Shown here: positions 18,084 through 26,127 of the stretch, piece by piece | Numbering within the stretch: the first letter of the stretch is position 1 | Layout of the letters: every line of letters begins with the position of its first letter | DNA from: an uncultured Veillonella sp. | Lineage (GTDB): Bacteria; Bacillota; Negativicutes; Veillonellales; Veillonellaceae | DNA: 34,742 nt | Assembly: GCA_963521235.1 (NCBI GenBank) | Contig: CAUQUX010000001.1 | Span: 1 to 34,742, forward strand | Direction: 5' to 3' | The notes under the pieces: generated by a model | Told to the model about the DNA's origin: nothing | The model's database searches: none | What the model saw: the letters and a program-made list of their open reading frames with translations, nothing else | Made by a program: the position numbers and the translations under genes

Positions 18084-18848
18084 TTAATCTAGAACATTCT
18101 TGAATGTGTAACCATATTTCTTTTGATTGCGTTTGAGCCATCTGTCTACTGCATCATTAGGGCCTTTGCCCTTTAAGCCGTTTTTCTCGACCCTTGCGAT
18201 TGCCTTGAGGAAGTCATTTTGCTTGAAATGAGATTGCTTGGTAAATTCTCGATAGCCCTTAGAATGCGTGGCAATGATACTACCAACATTCGTGCTTGCA
18301 ACCACCTTCATATCAGCAGGGCTGAACGTGCTGTTATTTGGGTGATTGTGAACGAGTGTAGCTCCTTTCACCGTCCGATTGATAGTTACATTACTTTTAT
18401 TCCCATTTCTGTAATGATGAACAAATCCGTTTCTATCAATTTGAACAAGCGATTCCCCTGCATCCTTGCCATGCATGTCACGGAACGCTTTTATTGCATT
18501 TGCTCGTGTTTTCACTTTTACTTTTGTATTAACACGTGCTGGTAGATTGTCTGCGCTACCATCTTTTCCATTCCCTTTTGCGCTTTTCCAGCTAAAAACG
18601 GCGCCAATTCCTCCAGCACCACGACCGCCCATAAATTCAAATTCTATTGTTTTTAGTTTTCCAATGAGCTCAACAGCTTTAGGATGCGTTCTTAAATCAT
18701 CGATTATCTCGCCTTCTTCAACGTCATCCTCAACGTTCCATAATTCCCACTTGCCTTTAGGCGCTTTAAATAGTAATATCCCGTCCGCCAATTCAACGGA
18801 ATTGAAGTCACGCATTTTATATATGAACGCTTGTATTTCCATTACCAT
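18084..18848 (-). CDS. Protein with acidic N-terminal domain, internal MGGRGA motif and JAB/MPN-like domain
   Basis: E132...H167-N-H169-P...S176-x-x-D179 matches the JAB metal motif; MGGRGA at residues 73-78. Confidence 0.75.
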   Translation of the reverse strand: MVMEIQAFIYKMRDFNSVELADGILLFKAPKGKWELWNVEDDVEEGEIIDDLRTHPKAVELIGKLKTIEFEFMGGRGAGGIGAVFSWKSAKGNGKDGSADNLPARVNTKVKVKTRANAIKAFRDMHGKDAGESLVQIDRNGFVHHYRNGNKSNVTINRTVKGATLVHNHPNNSTFSPADMKVVASTNVGSIIATHSKGYREFTKQSHFKQNDFLKAIARVEKNGLKGKGPNDAVDRWLKRNQKKYGYTFKNVLD

Positions 18849-19531
18849 TCACCCGTTTCTATGAACTTTTTAACCTTATCTCCATACTCTTTTGTTAATG
18901 GTCCCGAATATCTAGCACTTCTGCCAAATGTGCCATCAGGTCGTAAGATTAAAGCTGTTTTTTGTGCCCCTGTAATAAAGTAATGATCAGGGTGTTTTTT
19001 CCACTGTTTCACTTTGCCACTATCAATGAGGCTTTGAGCGCTAGATTGAATTTTTACTTTCTTACTTGCTTTTAAGGACTTTTCAAAACTATCAAGTTTC
19101 TTTTTCCACGTTCTTTCAGTAGCTCTGGTACGACCACTTGTAACTTTTCCTTTTTCAATATCTTTTAGGAACGATTTAACTTGCTTGTAATTGCGTTCTG
19201 TAATATTCAAATTGCCTTTCCAATCAAACAAACTCCCTCTAGCATTATCACGCCTATGTTGGCGTTCTATTACATCCTTTTGTTTTTCAATTTGTGCTTC
19301 TAATGATTTAATTCTATCTAGCTGTCTTTCATTACGTTTAAACTCTGCTCTACCTCTAGCTTTATCTAAATGCCATGTTTGACCTTGTCGAGCTCTTGTA
19401 TCTCCCCAATGCTCATTCACTGCATTCTCTAACTCTTTTTGCAAGCGCTCCAATTTCTTCTCGCTAATTTCTGTACGCTTGCTTTTCTCCCCACTACCTG
19501 TGAGTGAGTAACTCGCACCTCTACCGCCCAC
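18842..19531 (-). CDS. Basic coiled-coil protein starting MGGRGA, function unknown
   Basis: GTG start overlapping the upstream stop, RBS AAAGGA; very K/R-rich. Confidence 0.8.
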   Translation of the reverse strand: MGGRGASYSLTGSGEKSKRTEISEKKLERLQKELENAVNEHWGDTRARQGQTWHLDKARGRAEFKRNERQLDRIKSLEAQIEKQKDVIERQHRRDNARGSLFDWKGNLNITERNYKQVKSFLKDIEKGKVTSGRTRATERTWKKKLDSFEKSLKASKKVKIQSSAQSLIDSGKVKQWKKHPDHYFITGAQKTALILRPDGTFGRSARYSGPLTKEYGDKVKKFIETGEW

Positions 19532-20546
19532 TATTCTTCATCCTTTCCGTTACCGCATTTTGAATGTAAGTAACCTCGCAAGCGAATTTGTATCCAATGT
19601 CACCGCCGTATACGATAATGTGCTCTGGCTTTAATTTGCGTATAGCTTCATCCATTCCCTCTGCCCACATATGATAGGCTTCATCTGACCGTTTGACGCC
19701 TATTGTCGATACTGCCACTGTGCCACCTGGTTCGATGCCGTCAAAACAGAATGCGAATGTATCACGCTCACACCATGAAAGTGTAGGCACAACATTTGCC
19801 CCATTCTGTTGGAGAATTTGACCAATCAACCTGGAACGGTACACATTCCATATCTTCATGGCCATTGGCATTTCAGTATATAAGCTAAAATCAGGAGTTA
19901 GCACGCACTCGTAAGGAATTAGCATATCCACGTATTTATCGGGATCATTCCAAATCCTTTCAAATTGGTAGTCATCAATGAAGAAGTGCACGCCTTGCCC
20001 TTCTTTCTTTTTGTTGGTTTTGACATAATTAAAGCCAATCAACTCGCTAGGCTTTGCATATGTCCTAGTGATGATTGGCATTTGATAGAACCCCTCAACA
20101 TTACCGCTGTCATAGTCATGTAAGTTGTAGGCATCCATCGTTCTTTCACGTTCATTTTCTTTTTCATCTGCTGGAGTTAGCAGTCGCTCCACATCGAACC
20201 CAAAATCCTCCATATCAAACGATAGGTCTTGGATTTCAAAGGAAAGCAAGTCATAATCCCACTTCGCCATTTCAGCTACCTTGTTATCAGCTAACCGATA
20301 GGCTTTAACCTGTGATTCTGTTAGGTCACTGGCAACGATACAAGGAACGTGAGTATATCCCAATGTCTTTGCTGCTTCATACCGTGTATGACCGCAAATA
20401 ATCACTTTGTTAGTATCCAGGATGATTGGAGATTTAAACCCAAAGTCACGAATACTGTTGGCAACGTATTTAATCGCATTCTTGTTATTCCTAGGGTTAT
20501 TCTCGTAGGGTGTTAACTCTTCAATAGGCAATTGCACTATGTTCAT
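19521..20546 (-). CDS. ParB/Srx N-terminal domain fused to a DUF4417-like domain
   Basis: PYENNPR...SIRDFGF..PI...IICGHTR...YRLADNK; then VHFFIDDYQFERIW, TPDFSLY..MP....WNVYRSR, VAVSTIG. Confidence 0.88.
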   Translation of the reverse strand: MNIVQLPIEELTPYENNPRNNKNAIKYVANSIRDFGFKSPIILDTNKVIICGHTRYEAAKTLGYTHVPCIVASDLTESQVKAYRLADNKVAEMAKWDYDLLSFEIQDLSFDMEDFGFDVERLLTPADEKENERERTMDAYNLHDYDSGNVEGFYQMPIITRTYAKPSELIGFNYVKTNKKKEGQGVHFFIDDYQFERIWNDPDKYVDMLIPYECVLTPDFSLYTEMPMAMKIWNVYRSRLIGQILQQNGANVVPTLSWCERDTFAFCFDGIEPGGTVAVSTIGVKRSDEAYHMWAEGMDEAIRKLKPEHIIVYGGDIGYKFACEVTYIQNAVTERMKNSGR

Positions 20547-20734
20547 CGCAACACCTCCCCACTGTTCCGCTTAAATCGTCCATGGCGTTTAGATACGTGA
20601 GCCGTTCTTGTACGCATCATGAAGTCTGGTGTCGCATAGGTCTGACATAAGCCGTTATATTCGATTGTCTTCGCCGTGCATATGCCGTGCTCGTTATGCA
20701 AGCATTTTCGCTTTATGCATTTAATCTCGGTCAT
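20543..20734 (-). CDS. Small Cys-rich protein (DUF1540-like)
   Basis: C-x4-C-x-HN-x4-CTA-x-x-I...CQTY; RBS AAAGGCGGTG. Confidence 0.7.
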   Translation of the reverse strand: MTEIKCIKRKCLHNEHGICTAKTIEYNGLCQTYATPDFMMRTRTAHVSKRHGRFKRNSGEVLR

Positions 20735-20764
20735 TGTATCACCGCCTTTCTGATTTTGCGCAAC

Positions 20765-20795
20765 AAAAAATGACGTCGCAGCTTTGACGTCATTT
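20765..20795 (-). terminator. Intrinsic terminator in the late leader
   Basis: AAATGACGTC-8 nt-GACGTCATTT with a U-tract on the minus strand. Confidence 0.7.
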
Positions 20796-20865
20796 CTTGT
20801 GTTTGGTTTATAAGATTATAAGGAGTGTAAAACGTTGAAAACTCGTAACCAACATTCTTACAAGT

Positions 20866-20900
20866 ATTATAATATCACGTTGCCTTGACCTTGTTGGCAA
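20866..20900 (-). promoter_or_regulatory. Putative late promoter
   Basis: TGATATTATAAT (-10 with TG) at the end of the RinA/ArpU-like gene, no consensus -35, CAAGG-T-CAAGG repeat upstream. Confidence 0.55.
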
Positions 20901-21315
20901 TTTTGGCATAACTTTTTTTAAATTCTTTTAAGGCTGCTTTATGCAGCTTCGTTCGGAGTTTTTCACGGCTAATATTTAGCACCTGTTCAATGTCTCTCCA
21001 CGATTCATTATACAAATAGTGATTTCGTATGATCGTTGCATACTCCATTGTTGGCATATTGTCCAATACCTCGTTGATTGTATCAACGTAAGTATATCGT
21101 CTTTCAATCAATTCCTTGAGTCGCTCAATCCTATCCTCTAGCTTGATAACTCTGTCATCAATGCCCGTTGGTGTACCGCCTTGCACCTTGGGAGCGCTAT
21201 AATCAGTCGCCTTTAAGCCGTCGCACTCCGCTCTGAGTTTTCGTATTTCATCACGTAGACAATCAATTTGCCTCGCTATACTCCTCATTTCTTCGAGTAT
21301 ATTCTCTATCTCCAA
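20875..21315 (-). CDS. Late transcriptional activator, RinA/ArpU family
   Basis: ATDYSAPKVQGG, coiled coil, C-terminal sigma-4-like HTH (II..HY....SW..I...LNIS); start TTG 21315 behind GAAAGGTGG; last gene before the late region. Confidence 0.8.
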   Translation of the reverse strand: MEIENILEEMRSIARQIDCLRDEIRKLRAECDGLKATDYSAPKVQGGTPTGIDDRVIKLEDRIERLKELIERRYTYVDTINEVLDNMPTMEYATIIRNHYLYNESWRDIEQVLNISREKLRTKLHKAALKEFKKSYAKIANKVKAT

Positions 21316-21436
21316 CCTATCCCACCTTTCACGGTTCAACCACGCTGTAAAACTCAAATTTTAGTGTCATATTGCTCGACTTTGTGAACTTTGGATAGAT
21401 TTCCTATCATCCACAAAATCGAGCTTATACGCCACA

Positions 21437-21823
21437 TTAGAACGGAATTTCCTCATGTGATGTCGTCATGCTGTCAAAGTTGCTCGTTGATGTTTGCGCC
21501 CCTGGTGTCTGTTCTTGACCTGTGCAGAAGTCTACCACGACTTCTGTTACATAACGTTTTGAACCGTCTTGCGCTTCATAGGAACGTGTTTGTAAGCGCC
21601 CTTGAACGAATACCTTTTGCCCTTTCATGAATTGGCTCATATACTCGCCATTCTTTCCCCATGCCACGCAATTCACAAACGCCGTAAGTTCTTTCGCTTC
21701 ACCAGTTTGTCCTTTATAGGTAGTAGTCGCTGCTACCGTAAATGTAGCTACCGATGAACCACTTTGCGTATATCGCAACTCCACATCTCTAACCAAATTT
21801 CCTAACAACTGTACGTTATTCAT
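21437..21823 (-). CDS. ssb: Single-stranded DNA-binding protein
   Basis: MNNVQLLGNL.RD.ELRYT, GRLQTRSY, acidic EEIPF tail. Confidence 0.97.
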   Translation of the reverse strand: MNNVQLLGNLVRDVELRYTQSGSSVATFTVAATTTYKGQTGEAKELTAFVNCVAWGKNGEYMSQFMKGQKVFVQGRLQTRSYEAQDGSKRYVTEVVVDFCTGQEQTPGAQTSTSNFDSMTTSHEEIPF

Positions 21824-22196
21824 TTGTTTCCTCCCATATCACTTCCACATAATCAGTATGTAATTTTTCCACATCTCTGTAAATGTAATCTGCCAAATGT
21901 CGTACGAACTTAGGGCTATCATTTTCCAACAAACCAGCTTGCACCATGCCATCTAATACGAATTTCTTAGCAAATGCTATATTATCGCTATCGTGACGGC
22001 CCTTCACATGCCACTTGAAAATCATATCTACTTTACCTTTTGGCTTAACAATCAGTCTGTCTTTACATTGCCACGCTACCTCATTAGTAAGCTCGTCCTT
22101 AATCTTAGCAGCTGCGTATTTGTTCCTTCGCTCTGTATTAATGTACTCGTTTAGGTAAACAAAGTCGCAATAAATTTTAATTGTATTTACCATCAT
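21816..22196 (-). CDS. RusA-like Holliday junction resolvase
   Basis: LNEYIN.ER.N and DSDNIAFAKKFVLDGM..AG.LEND; start likely 22196 or 22193. Confidence 0.82.
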   Translation of the reverse strand: MMVNTIKIYCDFVYLNEYINTERRNKYAAAKIKDELTNEVAWQCKDRLIVKPKGKVDMIFKWHVKGRHDSDNIAFAKKFVLDGMVQAGLLENDSPKFVRHLADYIYRDVEKLHTDYVEVIWEETNE

Positions 22197-22630
22197 TCCA
22201 CCTTGTAGGGGCAACCATCGGCGCATTCATCATATACTGGTACACATGCGTGAATGAAGGCTGTCCGTAATTCGCAATTCGTAAAATCTTTCCTATTGCA
22301 GTTTTTGCAAGTACCACCTAACGCATGATCCACTAGCACCGCTAGATATTCGTCGCTTTCCTCTTCCTCTTTCTTTGTATAGGCGGATGTCTACACTGTC
22401 TTTACACCATAATGCGCAACTAACCGCATCACCTGACGACGTTGCTCCATATCCAAATCTTCAATGACATGTTTCATCAAACTTTCAGCAAACGTCGCTA
22501 TCGTATTCGCCTTACGTTTCCATTCGCCCTGGAGATTAAACGATTCAATCATATTCTTTGATTCTTGGTTCATACAGGCCAATAACAGCACGTTTTGTTT
22601 GTTGCGACTATTTAAATATCGTCTCTTCAC
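22193..22630 (-). pseudogene. Cys-rich (DUF5651-like) gene interrupted by an in-frame TAG at 22393-22391
   Basis: The frame stays open for 65 codons after the TAG (…CKNC…CEL…CPY) and ends in an ATGA overlap with the RusA-like gene. Confidence 0.75.
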
Positions 22631-22634
22631 CTAC

Positions 22635-22847
22635 TCACCCCTCCACCCAAATAATCGCTTGTTCATACATTTCGTATAATTCTTCAAATTCAGTATCATC
22701 GAGTACAGGCTTCAACTGTTTTAGTAATGGCAATGCCTGATACTTTACCTTCCAAAACTCTTCATCATTGTTACCTGGCCAATATGCCATGGTCATGATT
22801 AAATCTAAGGCTTCCGCTTTCAATTCTTCAATTTCATATTCTGTCAT
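22635..22847 (-). CDS. Hypothetical acidic protein
   Basis: RBS GAGG; operon packing. Confidence 0.7.
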   Translation of the reverse strand: MTEYEIEELKAEALDLIMTMAYWPGNNDEEFWKVKYQALPLLKQLKPVLDDTEFEELYEMYEQAIIWVEG

Positions 22848-22855
22848 AACTTACC

Positions 22856-23254
22856 TCATTCTTTTAAAGCGGTTTCAATAATCGCCAATGCATGGCCTAC
22901 TACTATGCGTTTTTTGCCACTCAAATTACAACCATCCATTAATTTGCTTACATATGCCTTTAATCCGTTAATATCAACTATTGTACAATTATTACTAATT
23001 ACTAAATGCTCTGTTACTTCTTCGGTGATTATAATCTCGTCATCATATCCAGCCAAATATTCCTCGCTAACTCCTAACAGATCAGATAGTTTTGTTAGGT
23101 TTACACCTGTCAAGCTTGATGTGCCATTCTCCCACATTCTAACGCTTTGAATGGATACCGCAATTTGTTGCGCCATTTGTAATTGTGTTAGTCCTTTAAT
23201 AACCCTTGCCTCTCTAAGTCGTTTAGAGAACGTTACCAAATTCTTTACTTTCAT
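22856..23254 (-). CDS. XRE-family HTH protein
   Basis: RLREAR..KGLTQ..MA......SV..WENG...LSDLLGVS.EYL. Confidence 0.88.
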   Translation of the reverse strand: MKVKNLVTFSKRLREARVIKGLTQLQMAQQIAVSIQSVRMWENGTSSLTGVNLTKLSDLLGVSEEYLAGYDDEIIITEEVTEHLVISNNCTIVDINGLKAYVSKLMDGCNLSGKKRIVVGHALAIIETALKE

Positions 23255-23286
23255 GTTTTACTCCTTATTTATTAAACCTTCATCCT

Positions 23287-23709
23287 TTATTTGCCATAAA
23301 TCCATGTGTCTCGGTCCCTAAGTGTAACTGATTCACCAAAGTCTCTTAAAGCGTCAATTATCCACTCAAAACTATCCCATGCTTCATCACAATTCTCACA
23401 AACTTCTAACACGTCTCGCAGCTCCAATACTCTGCTGGTATAAATACTATAGAATAAGTAGTAACACCCCATCATATCAACAACGAATGTATCCCATTGA
23501 TACATCGCCTTTGACCGACTCATCGTATATGTAGCAATTGTATCGCATGCATGATATAACACCATCGCTTGCGCTTTAATCCTTTGGCGATAACTGTGTT
23601 TCATGATCGTTTGCATTTCGTGCTTTAAAAATTCAGCATGATCATGCAATTTCTTAACCGTATCGTAATTAATTCGATGTTCTTTATCGCATTTTTCTTC
23701 TTTCACCAT
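23287..23709 (-). CDS. Hypothetical protein
   Basis: 140-aa ORF co-oriented with the operon; AAGGAG upstream. Confidence 0.7.
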   Translation of the reverse strand: MVKEEKCDKEHRINYDTVKKLHDHAEFLKHEMQTIMKHSYRQRIKAQAMVLYHACDTIATYTMSRSKAMYQWDTFVVDMMGCYYLFYSIYTSRVLELRDVLEVCENCDEAWDSFEWIIDALRDFGESVTLRDRDTWIYGK

Positions 23710-23728
23710 ATTCTATGCTTCGACTCCT

Positions 23729-23917
23729 TTACACTTTCTTTGCATTCATTCTCCTTTTGGCCATCCCTTTGCTAACTAACCAATACGCCTTCATAAGCTG
23801 TTGGCGTCGAATCATTCTGCCTTTATGAAATTCCAAGCATCTTAACACTTTTTTTGTTGCATGATCTAGAATTTTCATAATTTCTTCATAGCTGTTCATT
23901 CCTATCACCGTCACCAC
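23729..23917 (-). CDS. Hypothetical basic protein
   Basis: Fills the gap in the operon; start uncertain. Confidence 0.55.
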   Translation of the reverse strand: MVTVIGMNSYEEIMKILDHATKKVLRCLEFHKGRMIRRQQLMKAYWLVSKGMAKRRMNAKKV

Positions 23918-24294
23918 CCCTTAATTTCAATTTCATATACGGAAGAGTTCAACCATTCATTTTTTCTTTTTTCATGCTCTTGTTTTTTTATAGGATTGCT
24001 ATACTTTGCTCCAAACGCTTTCAAAACTGTGATGATTTCATTTAAGTTATCTTTTGACGCAACTCCATCAATAACTAAATCTACGTAATCATTAGAGTAA
24101 TAATCATTCAAGCATTCCTTTCTTAACGATAAAACTCCATTTTCAACCGAAATTGTATACTGTGTAAGTTCGTCAAAGTCAAAGTCAATAGATACTTCGT
24201 TTTTGTTAAAATCACCATTTTCTTTTTCAAGGATAATGTTGTAAGCCTCGCCACCTACGTAATCATCCCAACATGGAATCCATAATAATTTCAT
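23911..24294 (-). CDS. Hypothetical protein
   Basis: RBS AAGGAG; 127 aa; AT-rich. Confidence 0.72.
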   Translation of the reverse strand: MKLLWIPCWDDYVGGEAYNIILEKENGDFNKNEVSIDFDFDELTQYTISVENGVLSLRKECLNDYYSNDYVDLVIDGVASKDNLNEIITVLKAFGAKYSNPIKKQEHEKRKNEWLNSSVYEIEIKGW

Positions 24295-24350
24295 TGTTCT
24301 TTCAACTCCTTAACTATCCGTCCTAAAATTTCATCTTACTCTTATGCATT

Positions 24351-24599
24351 TTACAATACGCCGTCTTTCTCTAAAACACGTTCAAAATTTTCTAACATCT
24401 CGTTATACTCGCTTTGTCGCAACAACCATTTATACTCAATAGCAACATAGTATGCAATTATGCAATTCAATTTATTAATCTCATTTTGGTCTTTGTGATA
24501 CTCCGAAATATAATCCTCCAATAGTTGCAATCTTTTATAGTATATATACTCTAAATTATGCCGTTGGTAATATGATGGATTCTTTACATTATCGCTCAT
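24351..24599 (-). CDS. Hypothetical protein with a DUF3310-like first 12 residues
   Basis: MSDNVKNPSYY resembles the DxVNHPxHY start; the rest does not; RBS AAGGAGG. Confidence 0.6.
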   Translation of the reverse strand: MSDNVKNPSYYQRHNLEYIYYKRLQLLEDYISEYHKDQNEINKLNCIIAYYVAIEYKWLLRQSEYNEMLENFERVLEKDGVL

Positions 24600-25363
24600 T
24601 TATTTTCCTCCTTATTCCCTCGCAAACTTTGACCTCTGAATGTCACTAACTCGCACGTATCACGTAACCTATCATAGATACGCTCGTTATATCGTTTCTT
24701 AATGTCATCCTTTGTTAAGTTGGTTGTAATGACTGTCGGTAGCATTCGGTCATATCGTTCGCCTATAATGCTTTCCATTTTCTCTACGATCCATGAATGG
24801 TGGTTTCTGTCGGATTCTGCGCCAAAGTCATCAATGACTAATAAGGGAACCGTTCTAAGCAATGTATCGTAATTTGCGAGCTCCTTACGGTCGCTATTCA
24901 GTAAGTTAAGCAGCTTATCATTTAAACTAATGTTATTCACGAATAGGCAACGTATGCCTTGCTCTACTGCCTTACGCATAATCGCAATAGCAAGTGTAGT
25001 CTTTCCAGTCCCTACCGTTCCTTTTAAGATAACCCCTCTGCCACTATCAATAGCGCTCCTCACGTTACATCCATATTTATACGCCTTGTTGTAACTTTCC
25101 TTGTTGCACTCATTAGGCTTACCGTGTTCTTTAAGCCAATCAAAGCTAATATGCTGGTGCCGTTTATGCACTCCGTACCGTTCTAACATTGGTTTAGGGT
25201 CGATATATACGGGATCGTCATACTCAACCTTTACATAGCATTCCACGTTATCTTTGCGTGGATTACCTAGAATGTCAGCAAGCCGTTTCTGAATGTCATC
25301 ACCATTCATCGGTTTCGTTATCCCAATCGACTTCCCGATGGGTTCCATTGTTATATCCTCCAT
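24596..25363 (-). CDS. DnaC/IstB-like AAA+ helicase loader
   Basis: Walker A GTVGTGKT, Walker B LLVIDDFGAE, ITTNL, RIYDRL, GQSLR. Confidence 0.92.
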   Translation of the reverse strand: MEDITMEPIGKSIGITKPMNGDDIQKRLADILGNPRKDNVECYVKVEYDDPVYIDPKPMLERYGVHKRHQHISFDWLKEHGKPNECNKESYNKAYKYGCNVRSAIDSGRGVILKGTVGTGKTTLAIAIMRKAVEQGIRCLFVNNISLNDKLLNLLNSDRKELANYDTLLRTVPLLVIDDFGAESDRNHHSWIVEKMESIIGERYDRMLPTVITTNLTKDDIKKRYNERIYDRLRDTCELVTFRGQSLRGNKEENK

Positions 25364-26108
25364 TATTTACATCACGCTCCTTACTGTTTAATATGCCTTT
25401 GACGTAATTAAGCTTACATACACCACGTTGTACCGCAATATGCATCGCTCGCTCTACCTCATCCTCACCATGAAAGTCTATTAACTCCTTCAACTGCTCA
25501 CTAATGAAATGATTAACATCCCCAAAATGATTCATGTAAAGGAGCACGGTCTTACTTTCTTTCCTTTCTTTATTTACTTTCTTTACTTTACTTTCTTTAC
25601 TTTGTCCATTTGCGTTAACATTTTCATCAGAAATGTATACATTTTTGTCTGAAATGTTATCATTGCGTATGCATTTACCGTCATTTTGAGTACACAAAGG
25701 TAACACATGCAAATTCGGAATTTTTTCTGGTCTTTCATAGAGTAAATATCGTTCATCCATTTCAACCGTTTTTCTTCGCTTACATGCTTCTAAATATCGT
25801 TCCTGTATGCCCCTAGATGTCAGAATTTTGAACGAGTTAAACAATTCCTCATTGAAGAATCCTCGCTTAACCAATTCCTGCACTACGTCACTCACTAAAG
25901 AAGCGGTTACATTGTCGCCGACGCTTTTCGCAAGTAAAAATGCTTCATCATCATTCCAGGTAATGTAATATCCCTGTCGATAGATGAGAGTTAGGAGCCT
26001 GATCGTTATCACGATACCTTTAGCTCCAAACCTCGCATCTACAAACTGGATTTTTGAATCTGTGAAAAAGTCCACATCCATGGAAAAGTACTGGATGCCT
26101 TTTTTCAT
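25299..26108 (-). CDS. Replication initiator (DUF4373/Lin1244-like N-terminus, DnaD-like C-terminus)
   Basis: GIQYFSMDVDFF.D.KI, ILTSRGIQERY, KESKVK linker, YVKGIL. Confidence 0.88.
   Translation of the reverse strand: MKKGIQYFSMDVDFFTDSKIQFVDARFGAKGIVITIRLLTLIYRQGYYITWNDDEAFLLAKSVGDNVTASLVSDVVQELVKRGFFNEELFNSFKILTSRGIQERYLEACKRRKTVEMDERYLLYERPEKIPNLHVLPLCTQNDGKCIRNDNISDKNVYISDENVNANGQSKESKVKKVNKERKESKTVLLYMNHFGDVNHFISEQLKELIDFHGEDEVERAMHIAVQRGVCKLNYVKGILNSKERDVNNGGYNNGTHREVDWDNETDEW
25551..25644. repeat. Iteron-like repeats inside the initiator gene (candidate phage origin)
   Basis: TTACTTT at 25552, 25574, 25583, 25588 and 25597; 14-bp palindrome AAATGTATACATTT at 25631-25644. Confidence 0.55.
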
Positions 26109-26127
26109 GTAAAATCTTTCTTGTTAA

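Noticed and set aside
18624..18848. 75-residue N-terminal segment ending in GG before a JAB domain, like a ubiquitin-like precursor
   Set aside because: No recognisable beta-grasp pattern and no E1/E2 genes; the GG is better explained as part of the MGGRGA motif shared with the neighbouring gene. A structure prediction would settle it
22391..22393. Phage-wide TAG reassignment (genetic code 15) suggested by the in-frame amber
   Set aside because: TAG is the normal, tightly coupled stop of capsid, sheath, tube, baseplate J and terminase genes, and the other genes are unbroken under the standard code
24351..24599. DUF3310-family assignment
   Set aside because: Only the first ~12 residues resemble the family; the rest lacks the expected conserved pattern
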